A stretch of DNA of 63,963 nucleotides, counting the filler, from Basidioascus undulatus (lineage: Eukaryota): the NCBI GenBank assembly GCA_000826855.1. It is 5 parts of 5 records of this genome, joined end to end, with 100 filler letters (N's around TTAATTAATTAA, not from the genome) between each part and the next. Parts side by side here need not be neighbours in the genome. Positions count along the whole stretch, not along the records: positions 56,179 to 63,963 come from JTLS01001483.1; 4 more parts are not named here. The stretch is one strand, 5' to 3'. The first letter of the stretch is position 1. The number at the start of each line of letters is the position of its first letter. The position numbers were made by a program, and so were the translations under genes. This document shows, piece by piece, positions 62,831 to 63,963 of this stretch. A model generated the notes under the pieces. That model did no database searches. It had not been told where the DNA came from and saw only the letters and a list, made by a program, of their open reading frames with translations.

Positions 62831-62842
62831 GGGCTCATAACC
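62831..62842 (-). other. Primer-binding site complementary to the anticodon arm of initiator tRNA-Met
   Basis: GGTTATGAGCCC directly after the LTR end; its complement GGGCTCATAACC is the tRNAi-Met anticodon stem-loop. Confidence 0.9.
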
Positions 62843-63118
62843 TATCGGAAGTGAACAGCACTCAGCCACTGAGCCAGGAGCGAATGTATCATCGTCAAGA
62901 GGGAAAGTCGAGACGATGAAGTGGCCCGTTTTATCATGGCTTGAAGAACAACAATGTGGAATGTTTATGCGGAGGAGCTATCAAAGGGAACGACGCCGCA
63001 AGTCACATGCAACCACAACGTGAAAGAACGATAAAGGACGGAGGGCAAAGAGCGGAGACATGTAAAGCGTCAAAGAAAGAGGAAAGGCAAGAAAGGGAAA
63101 GGAGTGTACATATCAATA
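62843..63118 (-). repeat. LTR 1 (276 bp), termini TATTGA...CCGATA
   Basis: Colinear similarity with 63421-63747 (shared gaacagcactcagc, gagacgatgaagt, tttatcat, aagaacaacaatgtgga, tcacatgcaac, aagcgtcaaa); abuts the PBS. Confidence 0.88.
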
Positions 63119-63420
63119 AAGGAGAGGTGGCGGAAGGAAGAGAGAGCATCGCCATGCTCAGAGGTGGCGTCGGCATGGTCAGCTTCGTTAGAGAGACGCG
63201 TAGAAGGAGGGCGAGGACGAGAGCCGTCGATGACGCCATAGACGCGAGCGATAGTGAGGACAGATTCCATGTGTGCAGACCAGCCGTTCAGTGGTGTCTG
63301 ACCTGAGCTTGTTGTCCAGAGGGCGCACGAATAGTTGATGGTCGCAGAGGAGAGAGAGATCACCATGGTGAGAAAGAGGTGTGCTGGTGGAGAGACTAGG
63401 CGCAGAGTGGGCTCATAACC
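63119..63420 (-). mobile_element. PBS plus 5' gag fragment of a second, related copia element, interrupted by element 1
   Basis: Second GGTTATGAGCCC at 63409-63420; VRPLDNK..WSAHMESVLTIARVYGVIDGSRPRPP resembles VRPLQGD..ESILIQSNTWPVVNGSLPRP of element 1. Confidence 0.85.
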
Positions 63421-63747
63421 TATCGAACAGCACTCAGCTGCTGAGCGAGGAGCAAGTGTATATTCGTTAAAAAGAAAAGTAGAGACGATGAAGTAGCCCT
63501 TTTATCATAGCTTCAAGAACAACAATGTGGAGGAGTGTTTCTTGTGCAGGAGCGAAAGAATAACACAGGTGAAAGGGCCATGTGAGCGCAGGGGAAATAG
63601 ACAACATGATCAAAGGGGATAAAGACACAATCACATGCAACTTCAAGGTGAAAGAAGGGTAGGAGCTGTAGGGCGAAGAGCGGAGCGCAGGTGAAGCGTC
63701 AAACAGAGAGGAAAGATGTGGAAGGGAAAGAAGTGTGCATGTCGATA
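63421..63747 (-). repeat. LTR 2 (327 bp), termini TATCGA...TCGATA, with PPT upstream and PBS downstream
   Basis: Perfect 6-bp inverted termini; preceded on the minus strand by GAGCAAGTGGGGG. Confidence 0.88.
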
Positions 63748-63826
63748 CCCCCACTTGCTCAAGGCTGTAGTCCGAGTCATTCAACGTGATGGATGTGCTT
63801 GATGCACTCGAGGCCCTTGGTGAGAA
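63748..63826 (-). mobile_element. 3' end of copia pol (RNase H tail) plus polypurine tract
   Basis: LTKGLECIKHIHHVE*LGLQP-stop resembles the copia RNase H end (LTKxL...LGL), followed by AAGTGGGGG. Confidence 0.7.
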
Positions 63827-63844
63827 GTTGGAGCTCGAGGGGGG

Positions 63845-63963
63845 GTGGCATGTTTGGGTTGGCTTCTTGGTGCTGGAATGAATCCAGGATGGGCTGGAAA
63901 TCTTTGTCGCCAGGATAGGCATTCTTGATGGCTTCGCACTGGTCGATCGGTAGTGCTTGAGTG
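63845..63963 (-). mobile_element. Possible Ty3/gypsy pol fragment (RNase H-integrase linker)
   Basis: LPIDQCEAIKNAYPGDKDFQPILDS resembles the IxxAYxxDxxFxxI segment upstream of gypsy integrase; short and at the window edge. Confidence 0.35.

Larger units (their letters stand above)
60390..63118 (-). mobile_element. Degenerate Ty1/copia LTR retrotransposon (5' LTR, PBS, gag, protease, integrase); RT, RNase H and 3' LTR missing
   Basis: LSGPDNYQAW, LFASLPESW, knuckle CGNCGAMHWRKDC, protease WYVDSGASHMM, NLLSVSRL, LWHRPLGHL..CEAC, VHSDL, TFVDDHSRK, LRTDTGGQY, SGLPWSLWGEA, LRVFGCRAF; several frameshifts and stops. Confidence 0.95.

Noticed and set aside
62821..62842. gaagcg..gggctcataacc (also 63409-63420) resembling tRNA-Met
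   Set aside because: Only the anticodon-arm segment is present, with no acceptor or T arm; it abuts LTRs and is a primer-binding site.

Overview
Eukaryotic, intron-rich, GC3-rich fungal DNA, most likely a basidiomycete yeast (short GT-AG introns, CTGAC branch sites, Cap64-like gene). It is five contigs joined by four artificial 100-nt N/TTAATTAATTAA/N linkers, so linkage across gaps is unproven. Apparently intact genes: a divergent KduD-like SDR / D-2-hydroxyacid dehydrogenase pair, a beta-helix type I membrane protein ending in RKFF, a multi-BRCT protein, a Pro/Tyr-rich glycine-zipper protein, a fumarate reductase-cytochrome b5 fusion and a small Tim17-like membrane protein. Gap-truncated genes: a Cap64/Cas3-like capsule protein, a SIM+RING ligase, an alpha/beta hydrolase, mitochondrial bL17m, TOM1/HUWE1 and an Msb1/Mug8 RhoGAP-like protein. 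Lower-GC islands between them carry decaying genes (histidine acid phosphatase, alcohol dehydrogenase, a frameshifted GNAT, an SGNH protein lacking catalytic residues, an inverted pair of unknown paralogues). The right end is a nest of Ty1/copia elements with TA...TA LTR termini and half-tRNAi-Met primer sites. The best candidate for an undescribed system is the 9-15.7 kb block (Cap64-like, beta-helix protein with an ERGIC-53-like tail, GNAT, anchored SGNH pseudo-enzyme), a possible secretory polysaccharide-modification locus; this is a hypothesis. All family calls come from motif recognition by eye; no searches were run and exon boundaries are manual.
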